14,364 nt of DNA from Gammaproteobacteria bacterium. GTDB lineage: Bacteria > Pseudomonadota > Gammaproteobacteria > SZUA-21. A model generated the notes under the pieces. The model did not search any database, had not been told where the DNA came from, and saw only the letters and a list, made by a program, of their open reading frames with translations. Below are positions 1 through 6,774 of this stretch, one piece after another. The position numbers and the translations under genes are program-made. Each line of letters opens with the position of its first letter. The stretch's first letter is position 1. Where the stretch lies: NCBI GenBank assembly GCA_027021095.1, contig JALUUZ010000135.1, forward strand, positions 1 to 14,364, written 5' to 3'.

Positions 1-469
1 CGTCGTCCAACTCGACCTGCGCCATGGTGCGGTGTTGGACGTCGACGTCGTTGTGCATGGCCTGCACCAGGATCTTTGTGGCTTGTTCACAGGAGAAAGG
101 CACCAGGATGCCATCGTATAGATCCTTGCCGGGGTTGACGCCGATGACGCGCTGTCCGCTGAGGTACTTGGCGGTGTTGGCCACCAAGCCATCCTGCCCG
201 ACTGCGACGACCAAGTCCCCGGGCTCGAACAAAAACCGGTCCAGTTCCTGCCGTTTTAGCAGGTTGCGGCGCCAATCGCCGGGAATGGCGGAGATGAGTC
301 TATGCAACGCGGACCGGTGCTGTCTGTCGCGTTCTTCGATCAAGTCGATGGACTGACCACGCTCGGCCAGGAAAAACTCAGCCTGGCCACGGGTGGCGTG
401 CCGCGCAAGCAGTTGTTCGTATTCTGTTTCACGCGTGACGATCACGACCCGTGGTACGAGGGCATTCAT
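1..469 (-). CDS. NAD kinase-like (ATP-NAD kinase/DAGK_cat fold) protein, N-terminal ~156 aa. The gene continues past the window's 5' edge. It is not in the ORF track because it is edge-truncated.
   Basis: Reverse-strand frame open from the ATG at 469..467 through position 1. Translation: MNALVPRVVIVTRETEYEQLLARHATRGQAEFFLAERGQSIDLIEERDRQHRSALHRLISAIPGDWRRNLLKRQELDRFLFEPGDLVVAVGQDGLVANTAKYLSGQRVIGVNPGKDLYDGILVPF... The 'DLVVAVGQDGLV' block corresponds to the GGDG(T) motif of NadK/PpnK-type kinases, degenerate here (GQDG). The canonical NadK 'NxGxLGFL' block is replaced by 'NPGKDLYDGIL'. The ATG overlaps the TGA of the upstream SPFH gene (ATGA), indicating translational coupling. Confidence 0.6.
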   Translation of the reverse strand, partial: MNALVPRVVIVTRETEYEQLLARHATRGQAEFFLAERGQSIDLIEERDRQHRSALHRLISAIPGDWRRNLLKRQELDRFLFEPGDLVVAVGQDGLVANTAKYLSGQRVIGVNPGKDLYDGILVPFSCEQATKILVQAMHNDVDVQHRTMAQVELDD

Positions 470-1662
470 CCTTCAATCCCGGTGTTCTGCAGTTTTTGCG
501 CGCCGGCAGCAAACAAATCCGCGAGGTTGGTCGACAGCACATCCGGGGTGATGTTGATGTGGTCGATCTTTTGCAACTTGCCGGCGATTTCCTGTAGCGC
601 CAGGGCGAATACCACATTGGCTGGCAGTGATTCATAGACAGACATGCGTTCTTTTTCGCCCGCTGCTTCGGCCAGCCCGACCGCTTGTATTTTTTCCGCT
701 TCAGCTTTACCCTCCAGGCGGATTGCATCGGCGTCTGCCGCCGCCAGGCTGCGCCGTACCTGCGCCTTGGTTTCTGCAGCGAGTTTTTGTACATCGCTGT
801 CGGATTGTGACATGATCTGCCTGCGTTCCCGCTCAGCCTCTGCTTCCAGTTTTGCACGGGAAGAAACAGCTTCAGACTGTATCCGTTCCCGTTCGATAAG
901 TGCCTTGACCGAGGCTTCTTCAACGGCGGACTGTTCCTCTACACGCCGGCGCTCATTTCTGCCTTGTTGTGAGATCAGGCTTTCTTCGCGTGCGGCCAGT
1001 TCGATTTTGCTTTGCAATTCATTTTCAGCAATGGCACGTTCTTTTTCGACGGCGAGTGCCCGGCGTTGAAAAGTCGCTTCATCTGCATTCTGCTGGATAC
1101 GCTCTCTAGTCGGAACCTGCAGGGCCTTTTCCAACTCGGCGACCGGGCTTATTTCGTTGATGCCCAGGCTGACGAGCTTCAAGCCCATTTCGGTAAAGAC
1201 GGTTTCACTCTCCATGCCCTGCTCGATGGCGTTGAGAATTTTTTCCGGTCCGTCCGTAATCAGCTGCCGTACTTCTTTGCTTGCGACATAGCGCGCTGCG
1301 TGCTTTTGCACCGTATTGGTGAACAACGCAGCCAGTTGTTCAAGAGGTGCTTTGCGGTGCAACCCGGTATCCAGGTCGATCGAGAAATCGATGCGTTCGG
1401 CCAGGCAGTCCGGGTCGGTGACACGGTAAATGAGCTCACCCTGAACGGTCGCCTCTTGAAAGTCACTCGTACGGCCTTGAAAAATAAATTGTAATTCACG
1501 GTCGTCCGTCGGCACTTCTGCGATACTGGTGCCCATGGAAGCGAACCAGAATGCAAGGCCCTTGCCGGATTTTACCAGGCGGCCATTTCTGAAACGCCGC
1601 ACGTGCATATTCGGCTCACTGCGCAGGTGTTTGAAGAAAAGTGTTTTTTTTATGTCCGTCAT
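466..1662 (-). CDS. SPFH/band-7 (flotillin/stomatin-like) domain protein with a long Glu/Ala/Arg-rich coiled-coil. No N-terminal transmembrane segment.
   Basis: 398-aa ORF. The N-terminal ~180 aa have the SPFH fold signature (HVRRFRNGRLVKSGKGLAFWF...ELIYRVTDP...). The central ~150 aa are heptad-like EA/ER-rich (RALAVEKERAIAENELQSKIELAAREES...AEAERERRQ...). A strong SD, AAGGGAGGGG, lies 5 nt upstream of the ATG at 1662. It is 16 nt downstream of the nadA stop. Confidence 0.75.
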   Translation of the reverse strand: MTDIKKTLFFKHLRSEPNMHVRRFRNGRLVKSGKGLAFWFASMGTSIAEVPTDDRELQFIFQGRTSDFQEATVQGELIYRVTDPDCLAERIDFSIDLDTGLHRKAPLEQLAALFTNTVQKHAARYVASKEVRQLITDGPEKILNAIEQGMESETVFTEMGLKLVSLGINEISPVAELEKALQVPTRERIQQNADEATFQRRALAVEKERAIAENELQSKIELAAREESLISQQGRNERRRVEEQSAVEEASVKALIERERIQSEAVSSRAKLEAEAERERRQIMSQSDSDVQKLAAETKAQVRRSLAAADADAIRLEGKAEAEKIQAVGLAEAAGEKERMSVYESLPANVVFALALQEIAGKLQKIDHINITPDVLSTNLADLFAAGAQKLQNTGIEG

Positions 1663-1678
1663 GTTTGCCCCTCCCTTG

Positions 1679-2611
1679 TCAGGCCGCGTTTTTCGCGGAG
1701 CGTTTTTTGCTGAAGTTCAGCATCCGTTCAATTGGTGCCCGGGCTTTTTCGATCGTTTCATCATCGAGATAGTCGATGACAAAGCCCTTGCCTTGTTGTG
1801 CGCGTACAACCAGGTCGACCGTGTTGCGCTTCATGTACGGGCAGGCATTACACTGACAGCCTGTATAGATCGGTGCCTGACGCAGATTCAGTTCAGGCCG
1901 AAGTTGGCGCATGTTGTGCAGCAAACCTTCTTCAGTCGCGATAAAGAGGGTTGTCGAGTCCGGGTCGCCTTCGAAGTTTTTCACCCAGTCCAGCATCTGC
2001 TTGGTGGAACCGACCATGTCGGCATGCAACAGCACCGGCAGTGGCGACTCGGGGTGTGCCAGCAGGTATGCTGTGCCCTTCGCGTTGGCCTGCTCGATCA
2101 TCCTGTTGATTTGTTCGTGTTTGAATTTATCGTGCACCTCGCAAACCGCGTTCCACACGGGCATGTCGTATCCATACTGGTAATTCAGATAGGCGCCCAT
2201 GTTGCGGTCCGGCGAGAAAATGACTTTTTTACCTTGTGCATAGAGTGCGGCAATAATGTCATCGACGTTGCGGGACGTGACGACCCAGTCTGAAACGGTT
2301 TTGTGTTCCGCGCTCGAATTGATATAACTCACGTGCACGCAGTCGGCATGTCGTTCACGCCACTGTTTCAGTGCGTCGATATCGGTCTGCGTGACCAGCG
2401 AACAGGTGGCGCCCTGGTCTGGCAGGATCACCTGTGCGTGCGGGTTCAGCATTTTGGCGGTTTCTGCCATGAACTGAACCCCGGCAAAAACGATACGGTC
2501 TGCGCGTTCACGTTGTGCGATCAGCGACAGCTCCAGGCTGTCACCGACATAGTCCGCCATCGCCTGCACTTCAGGGACAGTGTAGTAGTGTGCCAATGTC
2601 AGTGTGTTCAT
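1679..2611 (-). CDS. nadA: Quinolinate synthase A (de novo NAD biosynthesis)
   Basis: 310 aa. Clear NadA family similarity throughout (LAHYYTVPEVQAMADYVGDSLELS..., VHVSYINSSAEHK, FSPDRNMG, HPESP, CQCNACPYMK). SD GGAGGTG lies 6 nt upstream of the ATG. It starts 14 nt downstream of the nrtR stop. Confidence 0.9.
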   Translation of the reverse strand: MNTLTLAHYYTVPEVQAMADYVGDSLELSLIAQRERADRIVFAGVQFMAETAKMLNPHAQVILPDQGATCSLVTQTDIDALKQWRERHADCVHVSYINSSAEHKTVSDWVVTSRNVDDIIAALYAQGKKVIFSPDRNMGAYLNYQYGYDMPVWNAVCEVHDKFKHEQINRMIEQANAKGTAYLLAHPESPLPVLLHADMVGSTKQMLDWVKNFEGDPDSTTLFIATEEGLLHNMRQLRPELNLRQAPIYTGCQCNACPYMKRNTVDLVVRAQQGKGFVIDYLDDETIEKARAPIERMLNFSKKRSAKNAA

Positions 2612-2625
2612 GAGACACCTCCTGC

Positions 2626-3291
2626 TTACTTGATTATTTCAACCCTGCCAGGGTCGATGACGCGATAGAGTTTGGCCGGGCGGTGTGCACCCTGCCTTTT
2701 TTCTCTGCCGGTTTCTTCGATCTGTTCCAGCGCCAGTATCCATTTACGAAAGTTCCGGCGGTCGAGTTCTTCGCGAAGAATGATTTCATAGACATCCTGC
2801 AGCTCACTCAAGGTGAATTCCTGCGGCATGAACTGAAACGCAATCGTCGAGTAGTCGAGCTTGGCCACGAGCCGTTTATGGGCCATGGCAACGATCTGCC
2901 GATGATCGAAAGCCAGTTCCGGCAATGTGTCCATGTCAAACCAGTCCACCGCCTCGGCATCCGTTGCGGCCCGCAGCACCATCTGGTCTGAAGCCGCCAA
3001 GGCATAGTAGGCCACTGTTACTACACGCTCGCGCGGGTCGCGGTCGACCGCACCGAATGTGTAGAGCTGTTCGAGGTAAACGCCCTCGATTCCTGTTTCC
3101 TCGGCCAGTTCACGCCGCGCAGAGGATTCCAGGTCCTCGTCTATCTGCATAAATCCGCCGGGCAAGGCCCATGTCCCCTTGAAAGGTTCACTGCCCCGCC
3201 TGACCAGCAATAATTTCAATTGCTTGTCACGGATCGTAAACAGCACGATATCGGTGGTGATGGCAGGGTGTGGAAACTCGTATTGATACAT
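2626..3291 (-). CDS. nrtR: Nudix-related transcriptional regulator of NAD metabolism (NrtR family): N-terminal Nudix-fold ADP-ribose-binding domain plus C-terminal winged helix
   Basis: Nudix box remnants (GTWALPGGFMQIDEDLESSARRELAEETGIEG) followed by the NrtR-type C-terminal domain (LDYSTIAFQFMPQEFTLSELQDVYEIILREELDRRNFRKWI). Sits immediately upstream of nadA in the same operon. I chose the start at 3291 (MYQYEF...) rather than the track's 3324. Reasons: 3291 has the SD AAAGG 7 nt upstream, while the 3324 ATG has no SD and overlaps the predicted -10. Confidence 0.7.
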   Translation of the reverse strand: MYQYEFPHPAITTDIVLFTIRDKQLKLLLVRRGSEPFKGTWALPGGFMQIDEDLESSARRELAEETGIEGVYLEQLYTFGAVDRDPRERVVTVAYYALAASDQMVLRAATDAEAVDWFDMDTLPELAFDHRQIVAMAHKRLVAKLDYSTIAFQFMPQEFTLSELQDVYEIILREELDRRNFRKWILALEQIEETGREKRQGAHRPAKLYRVIDPGRVEIIK

Positions 3292-3313
3292 CGCGCTACC
3301 TTTGCGTACTTGA

Positions 3314-3351
3314 TACACTAACATGATAATGTATTATTTACGCAAAGTCAA
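3314..3351 (-). promoter_or_regulatory. Candidate sigma70 promoter of the nrtR-nadA-SPFH-NADK-like operon. On the minus strand: -35 TTGACT (3351..3346), 17-nt spacer, -10 TATCAT (3328..3323).
   Basis: Read directly from the minus-strand sequence TTGACTTTGCGTAAATAATACATTATCATG. Flanked by the 9-bp inverted repeat CTTTGCGTA / TACGCAAAG (3300-3308 and 3339-3347). Confidence 0.35.
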
Positions 3352-3412
3352 GGCTGCCCGGTGCTCTTGCATGGGTGGCATATAACTTGTTGATATTAAA
3401 TGGATAGCTTGT

Positions 3413-4720
3413 TTACGCGCCCAGGCCGGCCCGGTGCCGTTGAATCAGTATGCCAGCGAGCACGAGCAGGCATGGCAGCAGCAGCGCATAGGCCAGGGTA
3501 AGGAGTGTGATCGTGCTGTCGCTGTAGTGGAAGCCGTGCTGGCTCAGGCGTACCGGGCGGGAGATACCGTTCAGCGCTTCATGGTGGCTGAGCCAGTTGA
3601 AGGCCTGCAGGCCAAGGAAGCGGTTGATCCCGAGTCGCAGGTAGTTGTTGCTGAGAAAATCGCTGTCACCGAACACGATGATGCGCTGTGCAGCGCCTGG
3701 CCCCGGCGCGCGGTTTCGTTGCAGCGCGAGACCGATGGCAAAGGGCCCGGCCCGGGTGCTGTCGTGCTGCTTCAGCCAGTGCGACGCCTGTGTGGAGACG
3801 ATGGTGAAGCTGCGGTAGTTTTTTTTGCGTTCGAGCGTCAGGGCACTGGCGAGAATGAACAGCGCGTCATAGGACTGCAGGTCCTTGCGCGCAAAGATCC
3901 TGGGGCCGAAGCGGCGTGTCTTGATCAGCCATGTCGGTTTGCCGTGGCGGGTTTTTGCCATCAGTATCCCCGGCAGGCGCTGGATGCCGAGTTTACTGGC
4001 CAGTGTCTCCAGCCCGGGCCGTGCTTCCGGGTCCTGCAGCCAGAGCAGGTTGCCGCCGGCCCGCAGGTACCTCAGCAGCAGCGAGATTTCCTGTGCGCTG
4101 AACGCGGTCTTGGGGGCGGCCAGCACCAGGACACTAGTGTTGGCCGGGATGGCCGGCACACGGCGCAGGTCCAGGGTCTGTATCCGCGCATTGCGTTTTT
4201 TCAGTAACGCCGCAAAGGCAGAGTAGCCGCTTTTACTCGTATCGAACGGTGAGCGTTCCTGGTGGCCGGTGGTAAAGACGATCCAGTTGTCTTTGCCGTA
4301 GGCGAGTTGCAGCAGCGTGCTGCCGAACGATTCCTCGTCCAGCACGCGCAGTTTTTTATGCCGTCCCTGGTATTCGATGATCAGTTCCCTGGTTGCGACC
4401 ACACCGTAGCGTAACGCGAACTTGGTATCCTGCATCTGGTCGACGAATTTCAGCTTGATATCCGGTTTGATACGTTGGAAACGGGCGATGAAACGGCTGA
4501 TCTGTTTGCGGACGTCGGCGGCTTTGGGTGCGCCCTGGGCGTTGGAACGGGTGATAAAACCGTAGACCGTGACAGGCGAGTTGAGCGTCGACAGCAGGTC
4601 GACGCTGGCGCGTGACAGCGAATTCTTGTTGCCGGCGCTCAGGTCAAAGGCGAAGAATTCGTAGCGGCTGAACCAGGCGGCGGCCGCCAGCAGTAACAGG
4701 GTGATGAGTCTAGCCTGCAT
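3413..4720 (-). CDS. GldG-like auxiliary component of an ABC-type transport system (COG3225 family). N-terminal signal/anchor and C-terminal TM helix.
   Basis: 435 aa. N-terminal hydrophobic MQARLITLLLLAAAAWF and C-terminal TM LLTLAYALLLPCLLVLAGILI. The large periplasmic body is typical of GldG-like proteins that partner with ABC-2 permeases. Immediately downstream of the ATPase and permease genes. SD AAGGGGG lies 6 nt upstream of the ATG. Confidence 0.65.
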   Translation of the reverse strand: MQARLITLLLLAAAAWFSRYEFFAFDLSAGNKNSLSRASVDLLSTLNSPVTVYGFITRSNAQGAPKAADVRKQISRFIARFQRIKPDIKLKFVDQMQDTKFALRYGVVATRELIIEYQGRHKKLRVLDEESFGSTLLQLAYGKDNWIVFTTGHQERSPFDTSKSGYSAFAALLKKRNARIQTLDLRRVPAIPANTSVLVLAAPKTAFSAQEISLLLRYLRAGGNLLWLQDPEARPGLETLASKLGIQRLPGILMAKTRHGKPTWLIKTRRFGPRIFARKDLQSYDALFILASALTLERKKNYRSFTIVSTQASHWLKQHDSTRAGPFAIGLALQRNRAPGPGAAQRIIVFGDSDFLSNNYLRLGINRFLGLQAFNWLSHHEALNGISRPVRLSQHGFHYSDSTITLLTLAYALLLPCLLVLAGILIQRHRAGLGA

Positions 4721-4731
4721 TGCTCACCCCC
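4710..4731 (-). repeat. Partial repeat copy (terminal 19-21 nt, GGGGTGAGCAATGCAGGCTAG on the minus strand). It provides the gldG-like SD region and ATG.
   Basis: 19-nt perfect identity with 4875-4893 (reverse orientation). 20 of 21 nt identical with the minus-strand copy at 4912..4892. Confidence 0.75.
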
Positions 4732-4845
4732 TTTCTACTGCGACGGCGCCATGGCACGCCCTGGCTGGCTTTCGCTCGGTCGGCGTGCTCGACATAGTGC
4801 CGGCTATGCCTGCGCGCTCCTCGGTCGCGAAAGCCACCCAGGCCG

Positions 4846-4893
4846 CACCCTTGCACCGTCTCGCGACGAACGGTGGTGAGCAATGCAGGCTAG
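4846..4893 (+). repeat. Intergenic repeat copy A (full): CACCCTTGCACCGTCTCGCGACGAACGGTGGTGAGCAATGCAGGCTAG
   Basis: Shares a ≥37-nt core with copies at 12116-12153 and 13861-13910 (reverse), with 2-3 mismatches. A diverged copy lies at 10928-10966. Confidence 0.8.
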
Positions 4894-4910
4894 CCCGCAT
4901 TGCTCACCAC
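4872..4910. repeat. Perfect 14-bp-stem hairpin/palindrome GTGGTGAGCAATGC-aggctagcccg-GCATTGCTCACCAC. It is formed by the end of repeat copy A and an inverted partial copy that encodes the permease C-terminus.
   Basis: Read directly. The loop itself contains the palindrome GGCTAGCC. The permease stop TAG is the CTA at 4890-4892, in the loop. Confidence 0.85.
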
Positions 4911-5657
4911 GCTGCTGCGGCTGAAACGCTGGAAACGCAGCACGGTCAGGTAGAGAAAGAATACCGTGACCAGCACGAAATACAGCAGGTCTACCGAGCT
5001 CCACAGGCCGGCGGTCGGCAGATCGAGATGTCCGAGCAGCGACACGAACTGGATCAGCTGCTCGATCCAACCGACTTTCAGGCTGGCAAAGATCTCGATA
5101 AACACAAAGAAAAGCAGGACAAATGTCGCACTCAGCAGCGCGATGACCGGTTGTGTGGTCAGGCTCGACAGAAACAATGCTATCGCGCAATAGGCCAGTA
5201 CGGCCAATACCGTGCCGGACCAGGCACTGAACACGGTCCCGAGGTCGATATTGCCGCCGGGCATCACCCCGGCCGCTGTCAGCAGCATCAGTGCCAGCAT
5301 ACACAGCAGGAACATCAGCAGGCCGAGGAATTTGCCGAGCACGAGCTGTGTCATGCTGACAGGCTTGGTCAGCAGAAAAAGCAGGCTGCCATTGCGCCGT
5401 TGCAGTGTGACCGACCAGGTGGTCAGCGCCGGTACCAGCAGCAGGACAAAATAGAGCGTCAGCGCGAAAAAGAGTACGATGATTTCATAGGTCGGCCCCT
5501 TGGCGAGCGTCGCGGCGTAGTGCAGTTTGATTTTGTAGACACGCATCAGGAAAAACAGCCCTATGCCCATCGCCAGCTGCACAGCCGCGAGCATAAACCA
5601 GCCCAGCCTGGTTTTGAACAGGGCGCTGAATTCATGCCTGGCGATCCACAGCGTCAC
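4890..5657 (-). CDS. ABC-2 family transporter permease (GldF-like)
   Basis: 255 aa. Six predicted TM segments, ABC-2 permease-like. The GTG start at 5657 overlaps the TGA of the upstream ATPase gene (GTGA). The C-terminal six codons and the TAG stop lie inside the repeat hairpin at 4890-4912. Confidence 0.7.
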   Translation of the reverse strand: MTLWIARHEFSALFKTRLGWFMLAAVQLAMGIGLFFLMRVYKIKLHYAATLAKGPTYEIIVLFFALTLYFVLLLVPALTTWSVTLQRRNGSLLFLLTKPVSMTQLVLGKFLGLLMFLLCMLALMLLTAAGVMPGGNIDLGTVFSAWSGTVLAVLAYCAIALFLSSLTTQPVIALLSATFVLLFFVFIEIFASLKVGWIEQLIQFVSLLGHLDLPTAGLWSSVDLLYFVLVTVFFLYLTVLRFQRFSRSSVVSNAG

Positions 5658-6664
5658 CGCGACTGCCGCCTTTGTGCCGCCGGGGTGCGGGCAGCGGTGC
5701 TGTTGCCGCTGTCGTCTGTGGCCTGCAGTGCCTGGTTTTCAGCGTCAAGCGCCTGTGTGAACAGCTCTTCCAGCGACTGCTGCTGTGGAGTGATTTCGGC
5801 GATGTGCCAGTTGTGCTGGTTGGCCAGCTTGATGATGGCCTGGGTCGTGCTGTTGCGCTGTCGGCAATGGACCAGGTAACTCTGGTCGGGTCGGGCATCC
5901 ACCTCGCTGACGCCGTCGAGTCTGCGCAGCTGCCCGATATCAGGCGGTGTCTCGAACCGGACCTTGAGCAGCTCAGTGCGGGCGTGATTTTGCAGTGCCG
6001 CCGCCGGGCCGTTGTAGACGAGCCTGCCCTGTTTGAGGACTGCCAGGCTGGTGCAGGTCTGCCCGACTTCGGCCAGCAGATGGCTGGACAGGATGATGCC
6101 GCTGGTTTTCCCTAGAGTCTGCAGCAGCTGCCTGATGACTTTGACCTGTAGAGGGTCCAGGCCGTCGGTGGGCTCGTCGAGCAGAATGATGTCAGGCTGG
6201 TGTATGATCGCCTGTGCGAGATTGGCGCGCTGCAGCATCCCCTTGGACAATGAACTGACCAGCCGGTTTCCGAGTTTTTCCAGGCCGCACAGCTGCCTGG
6301 TCTGCTCGAGACGTTCACGCCAGTCTGCCGTCCTTCCGCGGCGGCTGAATCCAAGCGCGTAACGCAGGTTTTCGTCGATGGTCAAAGAGGGATATAAGAC
6401 GTTGCGGTCTGGCTGGTAGCCAATGTGCGCGCGCAGCCTGTGCGTGTCGTGGTGCAGCGGCTGGCCCAGGATTTCGATGCCGCCGGCAGTCGGCCTCAGC
6501 AGGCCACTGAGCAGTTTGAGCAGGCTGCTTTTGCCGGCACCGTTGGGACCGAGCAAGCCCAGTATTTCGCCACGCTGCAACTGCAGGTTGATGTTTTCCA
6601 CGCCCAGCCTGTTGGTATAGTGATAACTCAGGTTGGTGGTTTTGATCAGGATTTCTTCGGTCAT
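5654..6664 (-). CDS. ABC transporter ATP-binding protein (GldA-like)
   Basis: Walker A GPNGAGKSS, ABC signature LSKGMLQRANLA, Walker B IILLDEP, H-loop SSHLL. The track ORF begins at a TTG (6757). I trimmed to the ATG at 6664 (MTEEILIKTTNLSYHY...), which lies just before the conserved N-terminus. Confidence 0.8.
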   Translation of the reverse strand: MTEEILIKTTNLSYHYTNRLGVENINLQLQRGEILGLLGPNGAGKSSLLKLLSGLLRPTAGGIEILGQPLHHDTHRLRAHIGYQPDRNVLYPSLTIDENLRYALGFSRRGRTADWRERLEQTRQLCGLEKLGNRLVSSLSKGMLQRANLAQAIIHQPDIILLDEPTDGLDPLQVKVIRQLLQTLGKTSGIILSSHLLAEVGQTCTSLAVLKQGRLVYNGPAAALQNHARTELLKVRFETPPDIGQLRRLDGVSEVDARPDQSYLVHCRQRNSTTQAIIKLANQHNWHIAEITPQQQSLEELFTQALDAENQALQATDDSGNSTAARTPAAQRRQSR

Positions 6665-6774
6665 GGACCAGGTATCAATCAGTTTGTTCTTTTTTTTTGC
6701 AGCATGATTCGGGCCAGATTGGACGGCGCCAGGGTTTGGCGGAATAAAAACCCGCAATTTGGTAAGATTGTGTA

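Noticed and set aside
2612-2625. NAD+ riboswitch (nadA motif) upstream of nadA
   Set aside because: nadA is only 14 nt downstream of nrtR, with only an SD in the gap. There is no room for a structured leader. Regulation here is evidently protein-based (NrtR).
4701-5879. 392-aa plus-strand ORF (R/Q/H-rich, low complexity) and similar long ORFs. These include 644..1069+, 1012..1494+, 1529..2293+, 3434..4207+, 5672..6115+, 6425..6775+, 7315..7995-, 7245..7646-, 9170..9634-, 11392..12030+, 12357..12968- and 12739..13191-.
   Set aside because: All lie antisense to, or frame-shifted within, well-supported genes with clear family motifs. Long open frames on the opposite strand are expected at this GC content. 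None has an SD, a sensible start, or recognisable domains.
6665-6757. Track's TTG-initiated N-terminal extension of the ABC ATPase (MRVFIPPNPGAVQSGPNHAAKKKNKLIDTWS)
   Set aside because: It has a non-ATG start with no SD and would consume the divergent promoter region. The conserved ABC N-terminus begins right after the ATG at 6664.
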